A DNA stretch of 64,000 nt. It comes from Lama glama. Lineage: Eukaryota. The DNA is taken from NCBI GenBank assembly GCA_028534125.1, contig CM052837.1:37200001-37264000 (forward strand), read 5' to 3'. Position 1 is the stretch's first letter. The number at the start of each line of letters is the position of its first letter. The notes under the pieces are model-generated. The model was not told the DNA's origin. It saw only the letters and a list, made by a program, of their open reading frames with translations, and ran no database searches. This document shows positions 11,812 to 26,126 of this stretch, piece by piece. A program made the position numbers and the translations under genes.

Positions 11812-14800
11812 CCAGGGTCTGTGACGTGGGGGCCGGGAACTCGTCCTTCCTCGCAGCAGGAGACCCGGGCAGGTGCCTCCATCTGGCACTCCGCCCATTA
11901 TATACAGCTCGGGGTGAGGGTGAAACCGTACACATGCCAGAGTTTCTACAAAGGCCTCCCTGCAGCCCTCCACCCTCCGGGACTTCGGAAGCGTCTGGAA
12001 ATGTTCCAGGGCCAAGTTCTGTCCAAACAGCAGGGGCGGGGCACCTGCTTCCCAGGGTGCCCCACAAGCGTGGGGCTGGCAGGAAAGGCGATGCCTTCCC
12101 ATCCCCTCCCGTCTTAACACCTCAGATTCGTGAGCGCCGGGGGACCCCAGCCTAGTGCAAGGAGGGGTCAAAATCAACCCATGCGTGAAGGATGTGCAGA
12201 GCCACCCGGCTGGTGCCTGAGCTCCAGGCTGGGGCGGGGGGCGGGGGTGGGGAGAGGCGATGGCTGGCTCTTACTGCTCTGACCAGGTGGCCCCCTCGCA
12301 GGGTGGACTCCCAGAGCCTCTGAACGGGGCTTTGAAGTGACTCTACCCAAAGGACAGCTGTGCCGCTGGGGGTGGGGGCTCCTGTGGGCAGGGGGCAGGC
12401 CCGGGAGGACCCCCGCCCCCTGGCTGGGGTCCTCCATCCTCCAGAGCTGCCCCAGCTGAGACCATGGCTCGTGATTTCACGTGGACAGAAGAGGGAGATG
12501 CGGGGCCGGTGAAGAGAGAGGCTGCCAAGGCCGGGCTGCAAGGCTAAGGAGGCAGGGACCGCCCTAGCCCAGGCTCTTGGCATCTGGCTGATTCAACACT
12601 CCAGACAGCCACCAGGGCAGCTGAGGGTACGGAGGAGGACAGTGTGGGACCCTGGATGGGCTCTGGTGGACCCTCTGCCAGTGCCGCCCAGAGGCCCCAC
12701 ACAGCAGGGACCCTCACCCAGGGCCCAGCGTTTCAGGATCACCTGGGCTCCCGAAGTCATTAATTCTTCTGCCTTAAAGTGGGGGGAGCCAGAGAGAGGT
12801 CAGACAAGGGGTGTGTGCACACTTGGGGGCATGTGTGCACGTGCATGTGGGCGTGCACATGTGGTGTGGGGGTGGGTACACACGTGCATGCTGCATGTGC
12901 AGGCGAATGCGCACTATGTGTGCCCACGGGTGTGCACACGAGTGTGAGCTGCTGCATGTTTGCAGGCGCGTGTGTGAGCACAGGTGTGTGTAGGGCTTGT
13001 TTGGGGGTGCGACCTCTGGTAGCACACCTGCTCGTCTTGGGAAAGACATGCCGCGCCAGCCACGGGGCAGTGGTGGGCCCGCAGCCGAGAAAGGGGACCG
13101 ACTTCCCAGCGAGCGCCCAGCCTCTTTCCTGAAGCCTACGCTTCCCAAAAGTGGGGCCCCTGGGCAGCGGACAGACGCTGCTCAGGCCTGGGTCCGGGGG
13201 CCCCTGAGAAGAAGCCTGTACCCCATCCTCTCCCCAGACTATACCCCCAAACCATCCCCCAAGCAGACGCAGGCCTCCTGTCCTATAGAGGGGCCAGGAT
13301 GAACTTCATAGCCACCTTGCTGCAGGCAGCATGTCCACAGTCTAGCCTCAGTCCCTCCTGCTGCAACCTTGGAGACCCTCCCGGCAGTGGCCTGGCACCA
13401 GCTCCCGGCTCCATGGCGCTGGGGACAGGAGGCGTGTCGAAGCCGGCTCCTCCGTTGCCAGGGCCCCACAGCACAGGGGTGCCTGGTGCAGGACACAAAC
13501 CTCTCACCGGGGGCCAAGGACCCCTCCTACCCGGGCCAGGGGTCCATGCCAGCCAAGGTCTGACACGGACGGGTTGCTGCTGCTGGCAACGTGAATCTCT
13601 CCCCCGGGGCCAGAGAACAGCAGCCGGGGCCGGGGTGAGGTGGGGGCCTCCCCTCCCACAGTGGGAGGGCGAAGGGGGCTCAGACTCCACCCCAGGAGCG
13701 GCCCTCTGCCTGGGCCTCTTCGTGCCAATACTGGGAGGGGCTTTTCTCAGCATTGCAGGGTCTGGGGCTGGAGAAACACTGCCCTCGAGAACGAGGAGGA
13801 CTCTGAGAGGGGGACACAGCAGGGGGAGGGGCAGCAGGCGCCCCTCCCCAGGCCACATGGCAGGCTGCACGCCCGATCCCTCTGGGCTGCTGGGAAGGAG
13901 GGGGTGCCCTCACGCTGCGGCCCTGAGCACAGACCACGGGTTCTGAGTCCAAGCCTGGGTCCTCCTGCACTGGGCCCAGCCCACCCTCCAGCTGCCCGGC
14001 CAGCAGCCCCAGCAGAGAGGTGTCCATGGGTGGGACCCTGCATGGCCTGGCCAGGGTGCGGGGCACACGCAGACGCTACAGAAGACACTGCTCCCCAAAG
14101 GTCTCAGAGCACCAGGACACTGACAGCTGGGGTGGGGATTCCACTCCGTCCCCCATGGTTTGATTCTTGGCTCGAAGCTGCTGCCCCTCAGGCCAAGATG
14201 CCCAGGACTAGAGGGATGGGGATCCCTGCTCCCCAGGGCCCAGTGTGGGGACGGGCTTCTCTGACTCCCAAGACACCAAGAGGTCGCAGCCAAGGGGCTG
14301 GTCAGTGGGGGAGGAGGGGCAGTGGGTGGTGAGCTCCAGCGGGGGCAAGAGAGACACTCTACAAGACAGAGCTGCCTTAATCTCTGGACTGGGGTGGGGG
14401 CTCTACTGCCCTGGGGGTTAGCACACTGCCCAGACCCAGGTCCTGTGAGGGGACTGATGGGGACAGGCAAGGCAGGGTCCTTGGTGAAGGACAGTGCAAA
14501 TCTGTTCACCACGACCTGCCGGGCCCAGGACCCCAGAGCCTGAGCCCCGGCCTGGGGGACCCCACACCCCCAGCACATCACTCCTGCATGCAGTCCACAC
14601 TGCAGGGCTGGCCACAGCCTGGTGACCAGTGCCCGCTAGGGCAGGGCAGAGAGGACACAGGAGTCTCCTAGAAATAGAAGGGAGCCCCAAACACCCTCTT
14701 CCAGGAGCCTGCAGAGTGGGCCCCTCCCCACAAGAGCCATGTTCGGGAGGTCTGAGGGTCACTCTGTGCACCCATGCGGTGCCCGGCCAGGGTCCTGGAC

Positions 14801-15272
14801 TTGGGACGGGCTCCCATCACAGAACACTCAGAACCTGGGACAGGGGGACAGGATGACACTGACCAGCAGCTCTGGAGGGACAGCCATGAGGCAAAGGTCA
14901 TCACCCGAGCGGTGCTGCCGGCCACACCTCTCCCGAGGCTGCAAGGCCGCGGATCCTCTCGGAGACCCCTCACTGCCACCCTCACCCAGCCCTGCTCCCG
15001 GCCCATGCCTCCACCGGGCCACCAGGGGCTGCCTTCAGCCTTGACCCCAGCCCCCGTCACAGCGGGGCCAGCAGTCTGCAGAGTGGGCACGGCCAGCCTG
15101 GCTGCCCCTTGCTGGAAAAGAATTTTTGCCAACTTGCAGTGTGAGAGACCAAGGGCTGCGCCCACCCGCTGCCCCACATGGGCACCCGCACTGCGTTGCT
15201 CTAGGAAGAGGCCCCAGAGGGTCCCTCTAGAGACCCGGCTGCTGGGAGTCAGGGAGAGGCTGGAGGGCAGCC

Positions 15273-16289
<1,017 letters not shown>

Positions 16290-16623
16290 TCAGCTCCCAG
16301 AAGCAGACCCTGAGTGGGGGGCCTCACTCCCAGGAGAGAGCAGTGGGGAGTCAGGCAAGGGGGAGAAGGCCAGCCAGGTGGGGTGAAGGGCGGCCCCACA
16401 GGGCCTCCAGTACTTGGGGCCTCGCAGAGGCCCCCACCCAGGCAAGGGGAGAGGGCGTAAACTGGGGCTCAGCCCGTAGGCCTGTGGGTACCAGAGGGCA
16501 GAGGGAAGGGCCCCAAAACCCAGGAGAGGCTCACGGGGTGCCGGGTCCAGATGCAGTAGCCCTCCCCTCCCCTCAAAGCTCAAGCGCCCCTGCAGGGTGG
16601 GGGCCCTCCCCTGGTCTCCCCAC

Positions 16624-16747
16624 CTGCTTCTCCACCTTCCCCAGCCGGCCCATCATGCTGGGGTCCTCGGGCAGCTCCGCCTCCGCCGGGCCCTTGCTCC
16701 GGTCTTTATCCGCTATGGCCGGGCCCCGCCCAACGATCTGGTCCACT
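16624..16747 (-). CDS. KCNQ2: KCNQ2 exon 16 (124 nt; [41 protein letters not shown])
   Basis: ggcag|AGTGGAC...AAGCAG|gtgggg. Confidence 0.97.
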
Positions 16748-19404
16748 CTGCCAGGAAGAGACCACACCCCCAGCATGAGTTCGGGTGGGAGCAGCCGCGG
16801 GGCCGCAGCCCTCTCCTCTCCTCCTGGGCCAGGCTGCAGCCCCCGGGGCCCAGGCTCCAGGCTGAGCCCAGAACCGACTGGGGACGGTGAGGAACCAGGA
16901 CAGATGGATGCCAGGTGACTGGTCCTCATACTGCTGTCTGACGCCCTCGGGGCTCAGCCCCAGACCATTCTGTCCCAGCCCCAGACCATTCCGTCCCAGC
17001 AGGCTGGCACATTAGCAAGGAGTAAAGAGAAGGGAGCTAGGGCCACGCACCCCCAGCAACCCGGCCCCGCCCCCGCCCCAGCCCCACCCCAGCTTTGCTC
17101 CTGCGTAATGTGCCACTCGGGCCGCCCAGCCCCGCGCTGGCAGGGCGGGGGTAAACGTCTGCAGCGGGAAAACAGAAGCAGAACTCGCTCCATGCGCCAC
17201 GGTGGGAGGGGACACAGACCAACACAGGAAACCGCCACGCACACCAAAGGAGGAGACGGACAGAGCCACTGCCAACCAGAGGAGGTCTGTGTGCGCTCGT
17301 GCGTGTGCACGTGTGTGCCCACTGTGCGTGCGCGTGTGCGCTGGTGCGAGGGTGTGTGTGCGAGGGTGTGCCTGCATGTGCGCGCACGTGTGGGCTGCAG
17401 AACACAGCTGGGCTGATCTCAAATAAGGCCATGATCACGAACGCCAGCGAGAGGGGAAGGACGCTTCCTTCGAGGAGGGGGCTTCTGCCAGACCCGTGCT
17501 GAACAGGCAGGGCCACCGAGGGGCTCAGAAGGGGCCTCAGAGCGGCAGTGTGGGCTCCCAACACTCCAAGCCGGAGAGGTGCGCCTACGTGGACGCTCGC
17601 TTGGTCTGCAAGCCACTGGGCCCGTCCCTGAGCCAGCTGGGCAAACGCCCCGGGTGCAGCCGCGCAGCCCCCGCCTGTCTCTGGCCTGGAGTCTCAGGCA
17701 CAAAGCGCGCCGCCCAAGCTCCGGAGCACAGAGGGCGCCAGCCCCCAGCAGCTCCACGCGAGCTGCCGTCCCGTCAGGCACCTTCCTCACCCACAGGGCC
17801 GTCCCTGCCGCCTCCACCAGGGGCTCAAGGGGTCTGCTCTTTCTGTCGCACGAAGCGGGAGGGGTTCAGGCTCAGGTCAGCCGCTGGGCAGCCGCCTCAT
17901 GCTCCGCTGGGCATCATGCTTGACTCATGCACGGGGCGGGAGCTGGGGGGCGGGGGGCCCTCGGGCTCCAAGCAGACGCTGGTGGGAAAGGAGCAGGGGG
18001 AGGGGATTCTCTGGAGATCCGAGTGTCCACACAGTCCAGGCACGGGCGCTCAGCGCCTTCACCCCTGCCACATGACGGGCCACCTGCCTGGCCGCTCCCC
18101 TTGAAAGCCTTGGCCAAGGGTCAGCCTGGAGCTGCCGCTGGTGGGGCACTGGGAGAGGGTCCTCTGTGGAGCCTGTGCCACCCCCTTCCCCAGCCTCACG
18201 CTTATCAGTCGGGCTTAACCACCCCCCAGTGACCGGTCTGTCCTCCTGGTCCCCTTCCTGTGGGAATCTGTGTGTCCTCAGGCTACAGTGGTCTGGGAGG
18301 CCTGGAGGTCCGGGGCTCTGAATGCCCAGCCCCTGTGTCCTGCAGCGACGCCCAGAAAGAAGGGCTTCTGTCTCGGGGCACAGCATCCTGGGATGGGGGA
18401 CACGGGCAGGAGAGGGGACACGGCAAACACTGTCTGGGCTGCCCTGGGTCAGGCCTGCTTCCCCGGAAATTCCTTTCACATGGGAGAGCTCCCAGGTTGA
18501 GATGCCCAGCTCACTGACCCTCAGCCTCACGTACAGAAACCCTGCGCACAAGGAGTATGGGTCAGATGCCCCCAGTCGCTCCGCTGGCCCGGCTGCCAGC
18601 ATCCCCGAGGGCCTCCGGATGCCCCGGGCTCCCTCTGCCAGCACAGCCAGGGTGCGTCTGCCCTCACCCTCACAGGTCTGCGCTCCCAGACCTGCCAGAG
18701 GAGGGGGAAGGGTCGCAGCCGTCACCTCTGGGGAAGCAGGAGCCTCCCAAGTCTGAGTCCATCACCAAGGCACCTGCTTCTGCTGACTCTCCGCCTAACT
18801 GACCCACCTTCTCTGTGCTGGCAGCCGGGCCATCTTCAGTAACACTGACCACGAGGACAACACTGGCAACGGAGCCGCAAAGCCCTCGGCGCTCCCTGGG
18901 AGGCCGCTGGGGCTGGGCGCCTGCTCGGGGCTTTCCACTCATTCACCAAAATAGTTTAAAGGCAAGAGAAGGGCAGCTGCTCAGAGCCGCACAGCAGCCC
19001 AGGCCGGCCCGCGGGAGGCGGGGCTGGGGCTGGAGTCGGTGCTGCGGGAGGGCCGGCGTGGGGCATCCCCGCACGTCCGAATGATTCTGATCCTCGCAGG
19101 GCTGCCCCTCCGCTTCTGCCCCGGGACCCCCGTCCAGGCGGGCATCACACAGGGTATCCGTGGAAAGGGGCCCCTGGACAGCCTCCGCAGGGCCCCACCA
19201 AAAGGGGCAGCTCAGGGGCACACTGACCCAGCCCCCGGGACCTGCCCAGGACCAGGCTTCTCCCCGAGGTCATTTTGTCAGGGACGGAAAACCCTCCCCT
19301 CCGTCCGGTCCTGTAGGAGCAGGGCTGGTGCTGCCGTCATGTGGCCTGGAGTGAAGGGGGCTGGCCTCCCACACAGACAGGCGGGAGCGGGTTGGCATCC
19401 TGAC

Positions 19405-19512
19405 CTAGGTGAGTACTGGGGTGACTCTCTCGGAGGGGCCGTGGGTCCTTTGGTGGGGTACTTCTTGTGCCGGGGAGTTGAAGGGGGTGGGGGGCCCACA
19501 ATCATATCTATC
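19405..19512 (-). CDS. KCNQ2: KCNQ2 alternative cassette exon 15a (108 nt; IDMIVGPPPPSTPRHKKYPTKGPTAPPRESPQYSP)
   Basis: ttcttgtttactcgccag|GATAGAT...ACCTAG|gtcagg; phase 2-2; matches the 36-aa insert of known KCNQ2 isoforms as I recall it. Confidence 0.9.
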   Translation of the reverse strand, partial: DRYDCGPPTPFNSPAQEVPHQRTHGPSERVTPVLT

Positions 19513-20827
19513 CTGGCGAGTAAACAAGAAAAGAGACACCAGGAAAATGCATCGTGAAGCAACACCAAAGGGAGGCAGCTGGAAACTTGCAGAGACAGAG
19601 GGATCGACCCGCCGAAAGCAAGAGTGACACTTCTTACAGACCCCGCGCTCCTGGGACCTCAGACTCGCCAACCTCTCCTCGTTCAAGCAAGCACCGGCCG
19701 TGGCCACGGCCCTGTGGAGGTGCCCCGCTGCCCGGGCAAGCCTGCGCGCGCCGGCCGGGGGTGGGGGGGCAGCAAAGTGCCGGGGGCGCGGGGAAGTACG
19801 CCGAGGCCCAGCCAGCGGGCACAGCCGTCTGGCTCCTGGGGGTCGGTTTGTCTCGTCTGTTTTCAGACAGAAAGGGAAGGAGAGGGAGCCTTTAGGGCAG
19901 AAGCACCTGGTGAACAAAAACGGCCGCCGTGAGAGGAGTGGACAGGCCAGCCTCTCCCTCGCACACGTGCTCACACCCACACATACGCTCACGTCTGCAC
20001 GCTCCTATACAAACATGCATGCTCTCACGCGTGGCTCACACGTTCATACACGTTTGCACGCATGCACAACGCAGGTCTACTCAACACTCCGAGAGGACGC
20101 TGAGCCGTCGGCCTGATCTGGCGGACAGGAAGGGGCCCCCCGTGGCCCCACCCAGCAGGAGCAGCTGGAGGCCCAGAGAAGCCCCTCCCCTGGGACCCCG
20201 AGCAGGACAGAGCAGACGCTGCCTGCTCAGGGGCCGGGAGCTGGGCTGACCCCCCGGACTGCCCCGACCCTCCAGACCCCCACAGCCAGGGCCCAGGCTT
20301 CAGGGGCGGAGAACTGGCTGCAGCCTCTTGGAGGGTCCTGATGAGCAGGAGTGTGGAGCCCCCTCCAGGAGACCCTCCTTACAGGCCCCGCAGATGTATG
20401 TGCCGCTGCTTGTGCATGGGTGGATGGTGTGTGCCTATGAGCACCCTGGACTCAGTGTGCATGAGCATGCGTGGGACCCACAGGACGTGCATGTGGGCAC
20501 GATGCTGAGAGCACGGTCACACAGGCTGGTACCCGTGTGCATGCGGGAGTGGACGTGGGTCTGCGCTCGTGTATCCAGGCCCTTGCGTGTCTATACACAC
20601 GTGTGGGGCCACAGACAGCAGCCTCGGTATGTGCCCTGCCACGGCCACGCTTCTCACACGCATCCAGCCCTGCTGCCTGCTGGGGACGTGGGAGTCCCTC
20701 TGCGCAGCGGGGAGGGTGGACTGGCCTCTCTGCTCTGGAAAAAGAGGTTCTACGTAGCACAGCTGCTGCCTGGTGGGGCCCCCAAACCCTGCAGCTTCAC
20801 CGTCCACAGAACTGCTCTGTTCCCCCC

Positions 20828-21087
20828 ACACACGTGTGCACATGTGCTCACACATGTGCATGAACTCACTACACCCACGCATGGACGCACTAACACACAG
20901 ACATGCACGCATCCACACTTTTGCAAAACATGTGTCGCACACGTGTGCACACATGCACGTGCATGCACTTGTACGCACATGTGCACACGTACATGCACCT
21001 GAGGCTTACCCCGTGCAAACACACATGTGCGTCCACACACGCACATGCATGTGCACACACACGTGTGCGCACACATACACACACATA
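20828..21087. repeat. Alternating purine/pyrimidine (CA/TG/CG) low-complexity tract; UG-rich in the pre-mRNA
   Basis: Directly visible; related tracts at 12810-12990, 17288-17392, 19960-20070 and 20395-20605. Confidence 0.9.
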
Positions 21088-21102
21088 CTCGCCCGCCCGT
21101 CA

Positions 21103-21516
<414 letters not shown>

Positions 21517-21879
21517 TCACCAAAAGCTGTTCCCAGTGTTCACCTGCCTGTGGCCCTCCCAGCGTCTCTGAGAAAGGCCACTGATGACCTGTCCCTATTA
21601 CCTGAGCCACTCCCCACCTTGTACACTGGGTCCCGCCACACAGAAGGACCCTTGTCCACCCGAGAACCCCTGTGCGGCAGCAGCTCCCGGCCATCCACTC
21701 ACAGCCTCGGGCACCCAGCCCCCGGGACACAGGTGACAGCCGTGAGGGCAGGTGCCTCGTGAGTCACAGGGAGCCAGGCTGAAGGGGTCTCAGCCGAGAA
21801 GCGTCCCACCGGAGCGTGCGCCCTCACCAGCCCCGCGAAGGCCCCAGCCCCCTCGCCGCGCCCAGGAGCCGGGCCCTCA

Positions 21880-22155
<276 letters not shown>

Positions 22156-22490
22156 CTATGACTGGCCAAGTGGACACAGTGTGACGCGTCCACACATGGT
22201 GACCGGGGAGCGTCCACCACGAGAAAGAGGGAAGCACGGTCACCAGCGCAGTGGGGATGAGCCTGGAGAACAGACTCACAGAGCAAAGCCAGACACAAAA
22301 GGACGACCCCGTGTGACCCCACTGCTCGGGGCCCAGAACAGTGGGCCCACAGAGTCCGGGTGGGAGCGCCGCCACAGACACGGGCCTCCTCGGGGTGTGG
22401 GGCGCTCTGGGACTGGAGGTGGTGGTGGACAAGGTCGACTGCGCTGCACGCCGCTGAGCACTCACTCTCAGGGGCTAGTTCTTCACCTCA

Positions 22491-23609
<1,119 letters not shown>

Positions 23610-26072
23610 CTAGCCAGCACATCTCTTCACAGAGCCTCCTGGAGTGGCCTTTGCGAGGCCCTGGGGCCTGGGACCAGCCCGCGTGGGCGCCTGGCAGGGC
23701 CCCTGCTGGCCCTGGGAAGCCGCCACCACCAGCTAATCCCTCAGACAGTGCCAGACCCACCTCAGCCACCCCCAGTCGGCCGCCTCCGCTGGCCAAGGAG
23801 GACCCGCCACTGAGACACGTCCATCAGACGGTGCAGAGATGGCGGGCCAAGGACAAGAGACAGCCCACAGCCTGGTCCGCCCAGCCTGGACACTGAGGTC
23901 CAGTTCTGTGCCCCCTCCCTGCCCCCGGGCAGCTGAGACCCCTCTGGGCTAGCCCGAGGCTTGGAGCCCACTCAGGGAGCGCTCCCCAGGAGCCCCTGGG
24001 GGCTCTGTGTCCCATGAGCACAAGAGTGGGGGTATCTGCTGCTCGGAACACCGCTGGCCCCAAGCCCGGATCTGCGGTGCATGAGGCCAAGACAGGGGTT
24101 GGGGGCCAAGGGGCATCGGTAGCCAGGCCATGGGGGCTTTGGTGCAGGTAACCCTCTTCTTCCTTCGTTCCCAAAGGAGACCACCAGCTGGTCCAGGGGG
24201 ACCATGAAACCAGGAGAACAGAAGACCCCAGCTGGACCTGATGCCCGGCGCAGCATAAGAACTTGGCCCATGCAGCTGCCCACGAGGACAGAGCCACAGG
24301 AGGGAGCCTTCCTGGCCTCAGCCTGGGCCCCCTGGCCCTGGCCCTCAGGCTGCTCAGACCAGGGAAGGGGTGCCCTGCTGGAGGAGGCCACGGGTGGTCA
24401 TCTGGACATCCAAGGTCATCACAGCTCAGTGCCCACAGGCACTCAGCCCCCCAGCCACCCCAGCCCTGCCTCAACTCCAGGTGCCGGAACAGCTGGCCAA
24501 CAGTCCTGCAGGTGTGAGAGAGGCCCTCCCTCAGCTCACAAACAAGGACAGAAGCAAACCCAGGACAGGGAAGGAGCCCGAGGCCAGACCAGCCTCCGTG
24601 TGGGAGACTAACTGGGGGCACCTGGACTTCGGCGTTTACATCGGGCCCAGGGAGCAAGTCCAGGAGGATCTAGGGGAGAAAGCCAGGCCCAGCCTCTCCT
24701 CCCCTGCCTGCCACGCTTCCCAAGGCGAAATTCCAAATACAGGAGGCCAGCCATCCACAGGGACAGGCGAGCGGGAGGCCCCAGCGGAGATCGGCCACAC
24801 CCCAGTCTGCACAGCTGGGGCCCAGCACAGCAGGGTTGGGGTAGAGGGGAGCTGCATCCACAGAGACCTGCCCAGCCAACGGCCAGACCGCGGATGCCCA
24901 GGGGAGGTAGGGGGTGGAGTGACGCTCATGAGACTCGCGCACCGCAGAGCTGAGCGTGGCCCGGGCTCCTGGCCCAGCCGTGGACACCTCCGGCCCTTCT
25001 GATTCCCAGCAGCCTGATCACAACCCCTGACCTGAAGGAACAGCCTGTGGCCAGAAGCACCCTGGACACAAGCTCCAGGCAAGCAGTACAGCTTCTGCTG
25101 GGACCCCAAAATCTCCTCTTGTGGGGCTGCAACAGCCTCCCCTGCAGCACCCACGTGGGGGACACACAGGCAGCACGGGCAGGTGGGGGCCACCCTTCGA
25201 GCCCCTCTCCAGGCGGGGGGCTCGGAGCATGCATGGATGCAGATGGACAAGCATGCCGCCGCCCTGGGGGCCCTGACCCTGCTGTGGAGCCCCTCCTGCT
25301 GCCCGCTGCTGGGCACCACGGCTCCCAGCTCCAGCGCGGACCACATGCACATGAGGACAGGTGAGCACAGCTGCCGGCACCTGCAGGGCCGCCCTGGTCG
25401 GGGAGGGGGCGGGCAGGAGGGGCACCCAGAGCAAGCAGGAGGACAGACGCCCCACACGCCCGACAGCAGACAGTGGACAGAGAGGGAACGTGCCAGCAGT
25501 CAGGGAGCCCACGGGGCGAAGGTCGGGCAGACTTTCACCGCCCCGTTTCCAGTCTGCCCTGAGCCAGGCCTGTACGGGGGAGGGGGAGCTGTGGACCTCC
25601 GGCTTTCCGGTGTGTCTGGTGTGTCAGGACCGAGGGGCCCGGCACACACAGGACGGAGCCGCCTCCCGCGGGCGGGCGGGTTAAGGGCAGCGGCCCTCTG
25701 CTGCGTAGTAGAGGTGCTAGATGGGCCAGCCGCAGGGGAGCGACTCGCCAGAGAGCAGTCAGAGCCTGGACGCTCCGGTGCTCTGTCGGGGTTTCAGAGC
25801 CCCCGGCCAGCCCCCCTCCTGCTGGGAGCAGAGCATCGTTTGGCTTTCAGATGAGGAAGGGCATTGGCTCCGTGACCACGTCACCAGGAGGGTTTGGAGT
25901 CAGAGGGAGCCTAGCGCTCCAGAAGCGGCTGCCAATCAGAATCGGGCCTAGGGGGCCGGGCCGGCGCCACCTCTCCCTGGTCCATCTAGAACCTCTAATA
26001 AGCAGAGTGTCCGGAGCAGGAGGGGACAAGAGCCGTGCAGCAATGGTTGTCCGAGCGGCGTGTCCGAGGTAC

Positions 26073-26126
26073 CTAGCGTGTCCAGGGCAGCATCCACACA
26101 GGGACTCTCTGCACCGTCTGCCTTTA
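26073..26126 (-). CDS. KCNQ2: KCNQ2 exon 12, 54-nt alternative exon (S-KGRRCRESLCGCCPGHA-S)
   Basis: tttccag|TAAAGGC...ACGCTAG|gtacct; CGCCPG motif as in human exon 12. Confidence 0.9.

Larger units (their letters stand above)
8715..15272 (-). other. KCNQ2: KCNQ2 long 3'UTR (~6.5 kb)
   Basis: Runs from the stop codon to AATAAA at 8738-8733; interspersed repeats begin immediately beyond. Length is similar to the long human UTR as I recall it. Confidence 0.65.
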
